Origin: Candidatus Dojkabacteria bacterium
GTDB lineage: Bacteria > Patescibacteriota > Dojkabacteria > SC72
NCBI GenBank assembly: GCA_050950165.1
Contig: JBMNHC010000001.1
Span: 389,738 to 453,737, forward strand
Reading direction: 5' to 3'
DNA: 64,000 nt
Position numbers and translations under genes: made by a program. This document shows positions 56,074 to 64,000 of the stretch, piece after piece; position 1 is the stretch's first letter; each line of letters begins with the position of its first letter. The notes under the pieces are model-generated. The model was not told the DNA's origin and did not search any database. It saw only the letters and a list, made by a program, of their open reading frames with translations.

Positions 56074-57549
56074 TTAGAAAGTACCACTTGTATCTATTAG
56101 GTATCCTGAAAGATCAGACCTGCCAATTATTACAGGTTGAGGTATATCTTGTATATCTATAGAGATGAACTCGGTTATTCGTATTGTATCTGACATCTTT
56201 ATTACTATCTCAAATACAGGTCTAACCTTTATCTCTCCGTTCTCTACTATCTTTGCTAACCTCTTAATATCTTCATTCTTAGTAATCTCTTTCTCATGTT
56301 TATCTATATATTCCTGAGCATCTTTAAAGCTCTCAAACTTAGATGGAATATTAAATTTATTAAACTCCTTTGTTGCATTTAGATATCCAATACGGTTTGC
56401 AAGAGCAGAAGAGATTCTAGAAGTAAGAGTTCCTGTATCCATAAAAGCATTTACTATCTCTCTCTTTACATCCTTTCTCTTCTTTATCTTCTCTACATCT
56501 ACCCCTTTGTTGTATATTGAGATTTTTTCAGTAATATTTAAAACCTTTCTACCACTAATAGCTTCGATACTCTCTTCGATTTCACCTCCAAAAAGATTCT
56601 TTGATACCCTGATACCGTGTTTAATACTCTTAATCTTTAAATCTTGTACCTTTTCTAATCTCCATCTAAGTCCAGCTTGGTTAGCAACTTGAATACCCAG
56701 TCCTGGTCTAGCATTTATTTCGAATACAACAGGTCCTTTCTCTGCATCTATTGCAATATCCACCCCTATATATCCTAATTTACTAAATTTTTGACACTTA
56801 AGTGCAATCTCTAACATCTCATTCCAGTATGGTATCTGAATACCTTTTAGAGATTTGTTCTCTTGTAAATCTATTGTAGAGTCTATTAGTTTGTAAGTAT
56901 CTGTTCTAAATGCAGAAGCTGGCATATGCATAGAGTAGGTAGTAATTCCAGACTCCATATCTATACCTGTACATATTGCTCCAGAGTGTAAGTTTGCAGT
57001 ACCGTTAGACTTTTTAGTAGGAAGTCTTAGCATAGCCATAACAGGGACCTGATTAAAACAGATGATTCTAATATCTGGTACACCCTTGTATGAATACTGC
57101 TTAAGTAGGGGATCTGTTTTAATTCTCTCCTCTATTATCGCAATATCATTTTTATTACTCATGGAGAATCTTCCATCTAAGATATTCTCTATATGTAATA
57201 TGATGTCTTTTTTAGTCATAGTAGAACCATTTGGTCGTATCCAAGCCTCTTCTCCTTTTTTCTTACCAAAGAATATTACAATACCATTACCACCTGTTCC
57301 CTTGTTCGGTTTAATTACAAAACTTTTAGGTAAACTATCCCAGTCTAAGGATTTTAACTGTCGTTTAGTTCTAATTAACTTGTATACCTCTGGTGTTTGA
57401 ATTAGTTCTTTTTTAAGAACTCTCTTTGTTATTATCTTGTTGTCAGCTACAGCCTTAGCAGAAGGAGAGTTGTATCTCCTAATATATTCCTGGTTTCTTC
57501 TATTCAATCCAAGTATATGTTTATACTTCCTATTAATTAGAGATATCAT
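56074..57549 (-). CDS. Alpha-L-glutamate-ligase-like (sugar-transfer-associated) ATP-grasp fused to a C-terminal retropepsin-like DUF785 domain
   Basis: FVIKPNKGTGGNGI and VVFEINARPGL are ATP-grasp_ST-like. The C-terminal AFMDTGTLTSRIS carries a D-T-G-T retropepsin-type motif. Confidence 0.55.
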   Translation of the reverse strand: MISLINRKYKHILGLNRRNQEYIRRYNSPSAKAVADNKIITKRVLKKELIQTPEVYKLIRTKRQLKSLDWDSLPKSFVIKPNKGTGGNGIVIFFGKKKGEEAWIRPNGSTMTKKDIILHIENILDGRFSMSNKNDIAIIEERIKTDPLLKQYSYKGVPDIRIICFNQVPVMAMLRLPTKKSNGTANLHSGAICTGIDMESGITTYSMHMPASAFRTDTYKLIDSTIDLQENKSLKGIQIPYWNEMLEIALKCQKFSKLGYIGVDIAIDAEKGPVVFEINARPGLGIQVANQAGLRWRLEKVQDLKIKSIKHGIRVSKNLFGGEIEESIEAISGRKVLNITEKISIYNKGVDVEKIKKRKDVKREIVNAFMDTGTLTSRISSALANRIGYLNATKEFNKFNIPSKFESFKDAQEYIDKHEKEITKNEDIKRLAKIVENGEIKVRPVFEIVIKMSDTIRITEFISIDIQDIPQPVIIGRSDLSGYLIDTSGTF

Positions 57550-58198
57550 CTTTGTTTGAGATAGAAAATCTAAAGTAATCTTTTAATCTTAAACCTGTAA
57601 ACTGACCCAAAAGAATATTAAATATTGTTAAGAGAGGCAATATCCAAAGATTGTTTAAGAGATATCCCGACACTATCTCTCTAGTTATTACAAACCAACC
57701 TACAGTAGCAACTAGTATAGTTCCAAAAAGTGTAAGTAGAGATCCCTTAAATGATTTCTTTAGGTATTGTTTGATAAAGAAATCAGAAAGTGCAGCTATG
57801 GAGATAAATGCTAGAGGAGGTATATTTACCATATTGTCTAAACCTAGATTAAATCTATCAACTACAATAAAGAGAAGAAGTAGTACCATTGCTAGAATGG
57901 TATAGTTTGTTGCTATACGAGTAATGTAGTGCATTCTAATTTTACTTAATATTGAAAAAGAAAATATTGAAGTAAGAATTACTACCGAAGTTATAACTAA
58001 TCCATACTTTAATCCTGTATATGAGTAGGCTATAGCTAAGATAATTGGTGCATATATTCCGTATGTTTTAGAATCAAATATATATCTAGCTATACCAACT
58101 ATAGTGGCTAACACACATACCGCTATTAAAAGCTCTAGTACTTTTTCAGATACTCCGTTTTGTAATAACCACTCAGTTAATCTTGATGTTTCAAACAT
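57533..58198 (-). CDS. Polytopic (7TM-type) membrane protein partner of the ATP-grasp_ST ligase
   Basis: About six or seven hydrophobic helices. The stop overlaps the downstream ATP-grasp gene by 17 nt. The supplied ORF starts at a TTG (58213); the ATG at 58198 (MFETSRL) is the more likely start. Confidence 0.5.
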   Translation of the reverse strand: MFETSRLTEWLLQNGVSEKVLELLIAVCVLATIVGIARYIFDSKTYGIYAPIILAIAYSYTGLKYGLVITSVVILTSIFSFSILSKIRMHYITRIATNYTILAMVLLLLFIVVDRFNLGLDNMVNIPPLAFISIAALSDFFIKQYLKKSFKGSLLTLFGTILVATVGWFVITREIVSGYLLNNLWILPLLTIFNILLGQFTGLRLKDYFRFSISNKDDISN

Positions 58199-58348
58199 AT
58201 CTTTGGAATTCAAAAATTAGAACAGTTTCTAATATAATTATACTTTGTATCTATATATATTGTCGAATGTATAGAGTAATATATATTAATTATTAAAAAT
58301 TATATAAAAATGCAACTAAGAGTTTACACAAAACAACTGTAAGTTGGT

Positions 58349-58358
58349 GGTTGCAACC
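58349..58358. promoter_or_regulatory. Perfect 10-bp palindrome GGTTGCAACC in the divergent intergenic region (candidate operator)
   Basis: Directly visible, 48 nt upstream of the XRE-HTH gene. A second 6-4-6 palindrome TTAGAAcagtTTCTAA at 58217-58232 abuts a TATAAT. Confidence 0.4.
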
Positions 58359-58405
58359 TAAGTATTTGATTAATATTTAGCAATTAAATTTAATATATAT
58401 TTAAA

Positions 58406-59764
58406 ATGAGCTTTAGAAAAAACCTAGAGTATTTAAGGAAGAAAGCAAAACTCTCGCAAGAAGATTTAGCTTTCAAACTTGGTGTCTCAAGACAAGCTGT
58501 ATCTAAGTGGGAATCAGGTGCTGCATATCCTGAAACAGAAAAAATCATTACAATCTGTTCCCTCTTTGATTGTAACTTAGATGAGCTAATTAAAGAAGAT
58601 ATCTCTGAGTTAAGAAATGAAGAGACAAAGAGATATACATTTAATGATCTAGTTCATGCTATAGAAGATCTTGTTAAGAGAACATCTGAGATGTTTAGTA
58701 ATATGAGTATTAAGTCTGCTTTTAGATTTCTTTTTGAGTTAGGTATTTTAATCATCCTAATTTTAATGTTAAGAATTCCTTTTGAATATATTACGAATTT
58801 AGGAAATGGAATATTCTTTGCGATAGGGGGGACAGTAGGCAAGATATCTTTAGCCTTATGGAGATTTGTTATCGAGGTAGTGTATTTAATAAGTGCTGTA
58901 GTATCATTTGTATATATATACAAGATTAGATTTTTGGATAAGGTAGACTCTATTATCCCAGTAGAGAAAGATAAGAAAGAAGAGATTAAAAAGGAGGTTA
59001 AGGTAGTAAAGTATGATTTCGGAATTCTCTCTTTGTTAGGTAAGATGATACTTTTTTCTATTAAAGTATTCCTTCTTTTCTTTTCTGCTTTAATAGTTTT
59101 TTTGATGTTTATCTCTATTGTTTGTTTAGTAGTTGTAATATCTTGGATGTTTAGTAAGGTCTTTATCTTTAGTGCAATATTATTTTGTCTTACAGCTCTA
59201 CTATTAGCTGTACTTTTACTTTACGTTATTTACAACTTTATACTAAATAGAAGGAGTAAGTGGGAGAAGGTCTTTATATTTCTCTTAGTATCTATACTAG
59301 GGTTTGGTGTTAGTGTTGGAGTAGGGTTTTTGGAGATGAAAGAGTATACATTTACTACTAAGCAACAGGGATTTCTTGTCGAGGATAGAAAGGTGGAGAG
59401 TTTTAATATGCAAGATGATTTAATTTCGGCAGTAAACTATATATGGGGAGGTGATATACAATATGTAGAGGATGAGAAACTATCAGACAGTGTTGAAGTT
59501 ACAGCTATTTACTATGGAGATTTTGTAAAAAGAGAAGATGTTCGTATCGAGAAAGTAAATGGTAATCAAATTATCGCAACAGTAGATAGAATGGAAATTC
59601 CTCTATCTCCAGTATACAGAGTATTTTTAAGGGGTCTTAGGGATAAGGTTGTATATGTGGATTATCATAATCTTTTTGATATTCAGAGGATAGAGATACG
59701 ATCAAGTAAGGGGAATATAAAGAAGTTGGAGAAGAATTTTATAGATTTTAGGAACAATCTGTAA
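58406..59764 (+). CDS. Membrane-anchored XRE-family (Cro/C1-type) HTH transcriptional regulator with polytopic TM region and extracytoplasmic C-terminal domain
   Basis: The N-terminal HTH_3 segment is LSQEDLAFKLGVSRQAVSKWESG. At least four TM helices follow, then a ~150-aa C-terminal domain. Confidence 0.65.
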   Translation: MSFRKNLEYLRKKAKLSQEDLAFKLGVSRQAVSKWESGAAYPETEKIITICSLFDCNLDELIKEDISELRNEETKRYTFNDLVHAIEDLVKRTSEMFSNMSIKSAFRFLFELGILIILILMLRIPFEYITNLGNGIFFAIGGTVGKISLALWRFVIEVVYLISAVVSFVYIYKIRFLDKVDSIIPVEKDKKEEIKKEVKVVKYDFGILSLLGKMILFSIKVFLLFFSALIVFLMFISIVCLVVVISWMFSKVFIFSAILFCLTALLLAVLLLYVIYNFILNRRSKWEKVFIFLLVSILGFGVSVGVGFLEMKEYTFTTKQQGFLVEDRKVESFNMQDDLISAVNYIWGGDIQYVEDEKLSDSVEVTAIYYGDFVKREDVRIEKVNGNQIIATVDRMEIPLSPVYRVFLRGLRDKVVYVDYHNLFDIQRIEIRSSKGNIKKLEKNFIDFRNNL

Positions 59765-59782
59765 GTCATATTTAAAACAGAA

Positions 59783-59803
59783 AGACCACCTTTAAGGTGG
59801 TCT
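59783..59803. terminator. Bidirectional rho-independent terminator between the XRE gene (+) and rplL (-)
   Basis: AGACCACC-tttaa-GGTGGTCT, with T-rich runs on both sides. Confidence 0.65.
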
Positions 59804-59828
59804 TGTTCTAATAGCTTTAGTAAATATT

Positions 59829-60236
59829 TTACTCTAGCTCTACTGTTGCACCAGCTTCTTCAAATTTTGCTTTGAATTCTTCTGCTTCCTCTTTCTTTAC
59901 AGCTTCTTTAACTGTTTGAGGTGCACTATCTACAAGATCTTTAGCCTCTTTAAGACCTAACTCTGTAATCTCTCTTACAACTTTGATTACACCGATCTTG
60001 TTTGCTCCTGCATCCTTAAGAACAATGTTGAAGGAAGTTTTCTCTTCCTCTGCAGGTGCTGCCTCTGCTGGAGCTGCTGCTGCTACTGCAACAGGTGCTG
60101 CTGCACTTACTCCAAACTTATCCTCCATTACTTTAACAAGGTCTGCTAGTTCTAAAACGGTCATCTTCTCAACCATTTCTACAACTTTCTGAGCATTTGC
60201 TGTTAATGTAGGAAGTGTTTTTGCTTCGTCTGCCAT
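59829..60236 (-). CDS. rplL: 50S ribosomal protein L7/L12
   Basis: An Ala-rich hinge ([21 protein letters not shown]) and a conserved C-terminal domain. Confidence 0.9.
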   Translation of the reverse strand: MADEAKTLPTLTANAQKVVEMVEKMTVLELADLVKVMEDKFGVSAAAPVAVAAAAPAEAAPAEEEKTSFNIVLKDAGANKIGVIKVVREITELGLKEAKDLVDSAPQTVKEAVKKEEAEEFKAKFEEAGATVELE

Positions 60237-60274
60237 TTTTGTAAGTTAAATAATTTAAATTAAAATATATCTAT

Positions 60275-60796
60275 TTAAGATTTACTCTCTGCGATACCTT
60301 TAAGTAGTACTGTTAGACTTCTAACATTGCCAGTAAGGGCATTTACAAAACCGGTAAGTGGAGCGTTCATAGTACCAACAAGTTTAGATAGTAATATCTC
60401 TTTAGAAGGGATTTCTGCTAATTGCATTACTCTTTCTGCACTTAGAAACTCTCCTTCATATACACCACTTCTGGGTTCTAAAAGTTCCGTTTCTTTCTGT
60501 ATTTCTTTAACTAATTTTGCAGGTGTAGTAGGGTCTTGGTCAAAGGTAATGATAGCGGTAGGGCCATCAAAGTCTTGTACTTGTACTGGTTGATTAGTAT
60601 CTTGTAAAGCTACTTTAAATATACTATTTTTTACTACAGTAAAGTTAGCATCTACATTCTTTAGTTCTATTTTTAGTCCTGTGACTGTAGATGTATCTAT
60701 TTTATCTGAGTTGACTAATAGATATCCTGCTTTATTCTTGATTAGGTCTTTATACTTTTTAAGTAGTTCTTCTTTTTGCAAACGACTTTTAGACAT
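60275..60796 (-). CDS. rplJ: 50S ribosomal protein L10
   Basis: An L10 fold starts at MSKSRLQKEELLKKYKDL. The supplied ORF (to 60919) carries a 41-aa N-terminal extension unlike L10, so the ATG at 60796 is used. Confidence 0.8.
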   Translation of the reverse strand: MSKSRLQKEELLKKYKDLIKNKAGYLLVNSDKIDTSTVTGLKIELKNVDANFTVVKNSIFKVALQDTNQPVQVQDFDGPTAIITFDQDPTTPAKLVKEIQKETELLEPRSGVYEGEFLSAERVMQLAEIPSKEILLSKLVGTMNAPLTGFVNALTGNVRSLTVLLKGIAESKS

Positions 60797-61010
60797 CGTA
60801 TGTATAGATTTAATTAATATTGTTGAATTATCATTTTCCTCACATGGATTTATCTTTGTACCATGTTTCTTAGGATAATTACTGAGGCTATTATATATGA
60901 ATGTTATGTGATTGGTCAAGGATTTATTAGAAGGGAACTATTTATATACTCTATTAAGAGATATATTTGAACTATATATAGCTCCCTTCTTAATCTAATC
61001 TACCGAGGTT

Positions 61011-61340
61011 TTACCACTCTTCATCTTCATATGAACAATCGGGTCTCTTTCCTCCCTTCTCTTTGTCACATCGTATTTTTATAAGGTAATATTTTCCTTT
61101 TTTTTGTAATGTAATAAAGGTTAGTCCCATTTTAGTCAGGAAAACGACTTTTCCATTTGGCTTCTGAAGGGTGCCATCGATCTCGTACTTTCTTCTTCCA
61201 TAGAGAAGGAGATTACCGGCAATTTTGATCTCCTTGCTTTTGTTTGTTTTTGTTTTCTTTAGTTCTAATAGTTCTGTTAGTTCTGTTAGTTCTGTTTCTT
61301 CGCAATCAACACAATATTGTTTATATGAACATTGGCACAT
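61011..61340 (-). CDS. Small Cys-rich hypothetical protein (109 aa) with an internal TEL tandem repeat
   Basis: The start is chosen at the internal ATG (MCQCSYKQYCVDCEE...) preceded by AAGGAGA. The ATG of the supplied ORF lies inside a TATAAT -10 box (61405-61410, minus strand). CxC/CxxC pairs are present. Confidence 0.45.
   Translation of the reverse strand: MCQCSYKQYCVDCEETELTELTELLELKKTKTNKSKEIKIAGNLLLYGRRKYEIDGTLQKPNGKVVFLTKMGLTFITLQKKGKYYLIKIRCDKEKGGKRPDCSYEDEEW
61261..61296. repeat. Four tandem units of a 9-bp repeat (agttctgtt; first unit agttctaat) in frame within CDS 61011..61340, encoding TELTELTEL
   Basis: Directly visible: agttctaat agttctgtt agttctgtt agttctgtt. Confidence 0.7.
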
Positions 61341-61440
61341 ACAATCTCCTTTTTTATTTTTAATGAACAATGTACAGGTCTCGGTAAACCTGTTAATGAG
61401 CCACATTATATATCTATAGGATTAAAAATATCAAGTTAAG

Positions 61441-61481
61441 AGAGAACAGCATATGATGTAGTAGATACAATCTACTGTTCT
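61441..61481 (-). terminator. Putative intrinsic terminator after small ORF 61529..61723
   Basis: Long imperfect hairpin (GAGAACAG...AGTAGAT-aca-ATCTACT...CTGTTCTC) followed on the minus strand by a U-rich tract. Confidence 0.4.
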
Positions 61482-61528
61482 CTCTTGTTTTACAAACTTA
61501 CTGGTTGATAGGCAATAATGAGATGATG

Positions 61529-61723
61529 TTAGACTCTTCTCTTCTTTCGAAGTGCTACTCGCGTTAGTATCTCTTTTCTCAAAGATGGGACTTCGGATGG
61601 TATCTCCTTTTCTATCTTTTTTTTAAATCTTTTTTGATATTTTTCACTGTCCTGTATTGCAGGACAGTCTGCTCCTTTACAAGTTCTTAAATAGCATACA
61701 CAGCATGGGTATGGTATTTCCAC
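61529..61723 (-). CDS. Small Cys-rich basic protein (64 aa), GTG start with a strong SD
   Basis: GAAGGAGGTtctgGTG precedes the start. The protein is MEIPYPCCVCYLRTCKGADCP...ALRKKRRV. It is inserted between rplA and rplJ. Confidence 0.4.
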   Translation of the reverse strand: MEIPYPCCVCYLRTCKGADCPAIQDSEKYQKRFKKKIEKEIPSEVPSLRKEILTRVALRKKRRV

Positions 61724-61814
61724 CAGAACCTCCTTCTTTTTTAAAGATCCAGTAAGTTTGTAGGCCTGTATTGTACTCTAAAATGTTTTTTGGGTAAAGA
61801 ATAAGTTAATAAAA

Positions 61815-61836
61815 AGACCTCCTTGTGGGGAGGTCT
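61815..61836 (-). terminator. Rho-independent terminator after rplA
   Basis: AGACCTCC-ttgtgg-GGAGGTCT, followed on the minus strand by UUUUAUUAACUUAUU. Confidence 0.6.
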
Positions 61837-61858
61837 GAATATTCAAAGATTAAAATTA

Positions 61859-62548
61859 TTACTCTGGTTTACTGTATGCTACTTTAAAGCTAGGACCCAT
61901 TGTTGGAGCAATATGCATTCTATCAAAAGCTTGGTTATATGTTTTACCTAATACATCTTCTACAGCAGATACTGCCGCATGTACATTCTCTACTAATTGA
62001 TTATCTTCCATATCTAGTTTACCTACTGGAATATGTATAACTCCTGATGCATCACAGGTAAATGTTTGTTTTCCTTTTTTATACTCTTGTACTGCCTTTG
62101 TAATATCCTCAGTAACAGTTCCATTTTTAGGATTTGGCATTAAACCCTTAGGACCTAATTCTTTTCCTAATATTGCAATCTTTGGCATTACAGAAGGAGT
62201 TGCAATTACAACATCAAATTCAATTTTATTTGCTTTAATATCCTTAACTAGAGAATCCAATCCTACGAAATCTGCTCCTGCATCCTTAGCCTCCTTCTCT
62301 TTATCTGGAGTAGTAAGTACTACAATCTTTATATCCTTAGTAGTGCTAGAGTGGGGTAGTGAGAGTGCACCTTTGATAGATTTAGGATCTCTATCCTTTG
62401 GTACCTTAATATCAAAGTGTACTTCTAATGTACCGATGAATTTACTGTATGATGCTTTCTTAGCAGCTTTAACAGCATCCTCTACAGTGTAAGAGATACT
62501 CCTATCTAAATCTTTAGCTACTTTTATGTATTTTCTTCCTCTTTTCAT
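61859..62548 (-). CDS. rplA: 50S ribosomal protein L1
   Basis: A conserved L1 fold in 229 aa. Confidence 0.9.
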   Translation of the reverse strand: MKRGRKYIKVAKDLDRSISYTVEDAVKAAKKASYSKFIGTLEVHFDIKVPKDRDPKSIKGALSLPHSSTTKDIKIVVLTTPDKEKEAKDAGADFVGLDSLVKDIKANKIEFDVVIATPSVMPKIAILGKELGPKGLMPNPKNGTVTEDITKAVQEYKKGKQTFTCDASGVIHIPVGKLDMEDNQLVENVHAAVSAVEDVLGKTYNQAFDRMHIAPTMGPSFKVAYSKPE

Positions 62549-62567
62549 TCTTTAATATGGTTATACA

Positions 62568-62993
62568 TTATATCTCAGTTTCTACACCCATCTGTCTTGC
62601 AGTTCCTACTACTATCTTTGCTGCTTGATCTGGATCTGATGTATTTAAATCTGGCATTTTAATCTCTACAATTCTTTGAATCTGTTCTTTAGAGAGCTTC
62701 CCAACCTTCTCTAAGTTAGGTCTTGCTGAACCTTTATTAATCTTCATCTCTCTTCTGATTAATTCTGATGTAGGAGGAGTCTTAGTTATGAATTCAAAGG
62801 ATCTATCTTCATATATCGTTATTATTACAGGTGTTAAAATACCATTTCCCTCTCTAGTTTGCTCGTTAAATTGTGTACAAAAATCTTGAGTAGAGATTCC
62901 GTATGGAGCTAGAGCAGGTCCAATTGGAGGTGCAGGAGTTGCTTGTCCTGCTGGTATTGTAATCTTAATTATCTTTTTTATTTCTTTTGCCAT
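62568..62993 (-). CDS. rplK: 50S ribosomal protein L11
   Basis: The conserved L11 N-terminal region (PAGQATPAPPIGPALA) in 141 aa. Confidence 0.9.
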   Translation of the reverse strand: MAKEIKKIIKITIPAGQATPAPPIGPALAPYGISTQDFCTQFNEQTREGNGILTPVIITIYEDRSFEFITKTPPTSELIRREMKINKGSARPNLEKVGKLSKEQIQRIVEIKMPDLNTSDPDQAAKIVVGTARQMGVETEI

Positions 62994-63012
62994 ATCTAGT
63001 TATTCAAATATA

Positions 63013-63564
63013 TTAAAGTTTATTAACTTGAGAGAAATCTAGTTCTACTGGAGCCTCTCTACCTAAGAAAGAGATGAGGACTTTTATCTTTCCCTTAGTA
63101 TTATCTATATGTTCTACACTACCAATGAAACCAGCAAATGCTCCATCAACGATTTTAACAGCCTCACCAACACTAAATGAGCTCTGATATGAAGGTTGTT
63201 CTACCTCCATGAACTTCATGATGGCTTTTACCTCTGCTTCTGGTAATGGTCTTGGATATCTATCTGTTTTAACAAATCCTCTTACACCTTCCGTATTCTT
63301 TACAATATCCCATGTATGTTCATTTAACTCCATCTTAATTAATACATACCCAGGAAAAAGTTTATCCTCTTTTACATCTTGTTTACCTTTCTTAACAAAG
63401 ATTTTCTTCTGAACAGGAATCAAAAGCTCTTCAATCTTGTCTTGTAATCCAGTTGCCTCTATTCTCTGTTGTAATTCTTTTTTTATACTATTCTCATATC
63501 CAGTTCTGATATTTAAAACATACCATTTTGCCTTTGGATTTGATTTTTTTACTTCCTTAGCCAT
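63013..63564 (-). CDS. nusG: Transcription termination/antitermination factor NusG
   Basis: An NGN domain and a KOW motif (GEAVKIVDGAFAGFIGSV). Confidence 0.9.
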   Translation of the reverse strand: MAKEVKKSNPKAKWYVLNIRTGYENSIKKELQQRIEATGLQDKIEELLIPVQKKIFVKKGKQDVKEDKLFPGYVLIKMELNEHTWDIVKNTEGVRGFVKTDRYPRPLPEAEVKAIMKFMEVEQPSYQSSFSVGEAVKIVDGAFAGFIGSVEHIDNTKGKIKVLISFLGREAPVELDFSQVNKL

Positions 63565-63571
63565 TCCTAAG

Positions 63572-63781
63572 TTAAAAATTTAATATTAAATTACTTACTA
63601 CTTCTTTATCACCTCCTAACCATAGGTCTCTTAGCCAGAAAAATACCATATCTATACCTAGAATTAGTAAAGCGATTATACCACAAAGAACAACAGTATA
63701 TATGGTTAATCGTGCCAATTGAGATATGGTTGGCCACTCTGTTTGTTTAAGTTCAGTTATTATATTTCTAATAATTTTCAT
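63572..63781 (-). CDS. secE: Preprotein translocase subunit SecE
   Basis: A single TM helix with the conserved WPT motif (TEWPTISQL), in the canonical position upstream of nusG. Confidence 0.8.
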   Translation of the reverse strand: MKIIRNIITELKQTEWPTISQLARLTIYTVVLCGIIALLILGIDMVFFWLRDLWLGGDKEVVSNLILNF

Positions 63782-63796
63782 AATTGTATATATCTA

Positions 63797-63869
63797 CAGG
63801 CCCACTCCGACTCGAACGGAGAACTATGGTTTTGGAGACCACTGTTTTACCAATTGAAACTATGGGCCC
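63797..63869 (-). tRNA. tRNA-Trp (anticodon CCA)
   Basis: The reverse complement reads GGGCCCAUAGUUUCAAUUGGUAAAACAGUGGUCUCCAAAACCAUAGUUCUCCGUUCGAGUCGGAGUGGGCCUG. The anticodon loop is CUCCAAA and the discriminator is G73. Its position upstream of secE is canonical. The supplied + ORF 63719..63982 is spurious. Confidence 0.8.
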
Positions 63870-63885
63870 TTATTTATAAAACAGC

Positions 63886-64000
63886 TTATTTAACTTTAGT
63901 CTCCTTATGTAATGTATGTTTTTTGCATAGAGGACAGTATCTGTTTCTCTCTATCTTTTCTTTAACATTTTTAGTTTTGTAAAAAGTACCATTTATACTC
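63886..64000 (-). CDS. rpmG: 50S ribosomal protein L33 (C-terminal part; gene continues past the window end)
   Basis: The reverse-complement translation is ...[30 protein letters not shown], matching the L33 C-terminus (YCPxCxKHTxHKETK). Confidence 0.6.
   Translation of the reverse strand, partial: SINGTFYKTKNVKEKIERNRYCPLCKKHTLHKETKVK

Noticed and set aside
60797-60919. 41-aa N-terminal extension of rplJ in the supplied ORF
   Set aside because: The extension is not L10-like. The conserved L10 N-terminus begins at the internal ATG (60796), and the region upstream is more likely the L10 leader.
63719-63982. 87-aa + strand ORF at the right end
   Set aside because: It overlaps tRNA-Trp (minus strand) and the rpmG C-terminus on the opposite strand, so it is spurious.

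Overview
This is a compact, AT-rich bacterial chromosome segment, coding on both strands, read with the standard code (TGA, TAA and TAG all end conserved proteins). The gene content points to a Candidate Phyla Radiation (Patescibacteria)-like organism, but this is inference from content only. The supporting genes are a catalytically intact form II/III-type RuBisCO, an archaeal-type ProRS ending in Tyr, ComEA/ComEC, giant surface proteins and the clpC-radA synteny.

Main blocks, left to right:
- Two tandem paralogous giant surface proteins carrying DUF285/BspA-like ~26-residue repeats plus Ig-like domains, one interrupted by a single in-frame TAA (1-9302, minus strand).
- A GH1 beta-glucosidase.
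- A small defence-like island on the minus strand: DUF4143 AAA ATPase, AbiEii nucleotidyltransferase toxin and AbiEi antitoxin, with iteron-like direct repeats and a structured AbiEi promoter.
- rpsA, clpC, radA.
- An orphan ~260-nt promoter-to-terminator unit.
- rho, a LysM-M23 peptidase, two tRNA-Ala and leuS.
- A 1788-aa tail-fibre-like surface protein with an internal S74 intramolecular-chaperone domain, a LamG membrane protein, a cyclophilin, ComEA, and a ComEC split at an A6 tract from its metallo-beta-lactamase domain.
- Two tRNA-Arg followed by argS, tRNA-Pro, RuBisCO, proS, uvrA, tRNA-Arg(CCU), a GT2 glycosyltransferase, a PEGA protein, mreB and a DUF1704 metalloprotease-like protein.
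- A minus-strand operon of four ATP-grasp amidoligases plus a 7TM protein, divergent from a membrane-anchored XRE-HTH regulator.
- The rplL-rplJ / rplA-rplK-nusG-secE-tRNA-Trp-rpmG cluster, with two small Cys-rich ORFs inserted between rplA and rplJ.

A conserved extended -10 element (TGGTATAAT) precedes many genes and often lies only a few nucleotides from the start codon. All coordinates and motif calls below are read by eye from the sequence; no database searches were possible.
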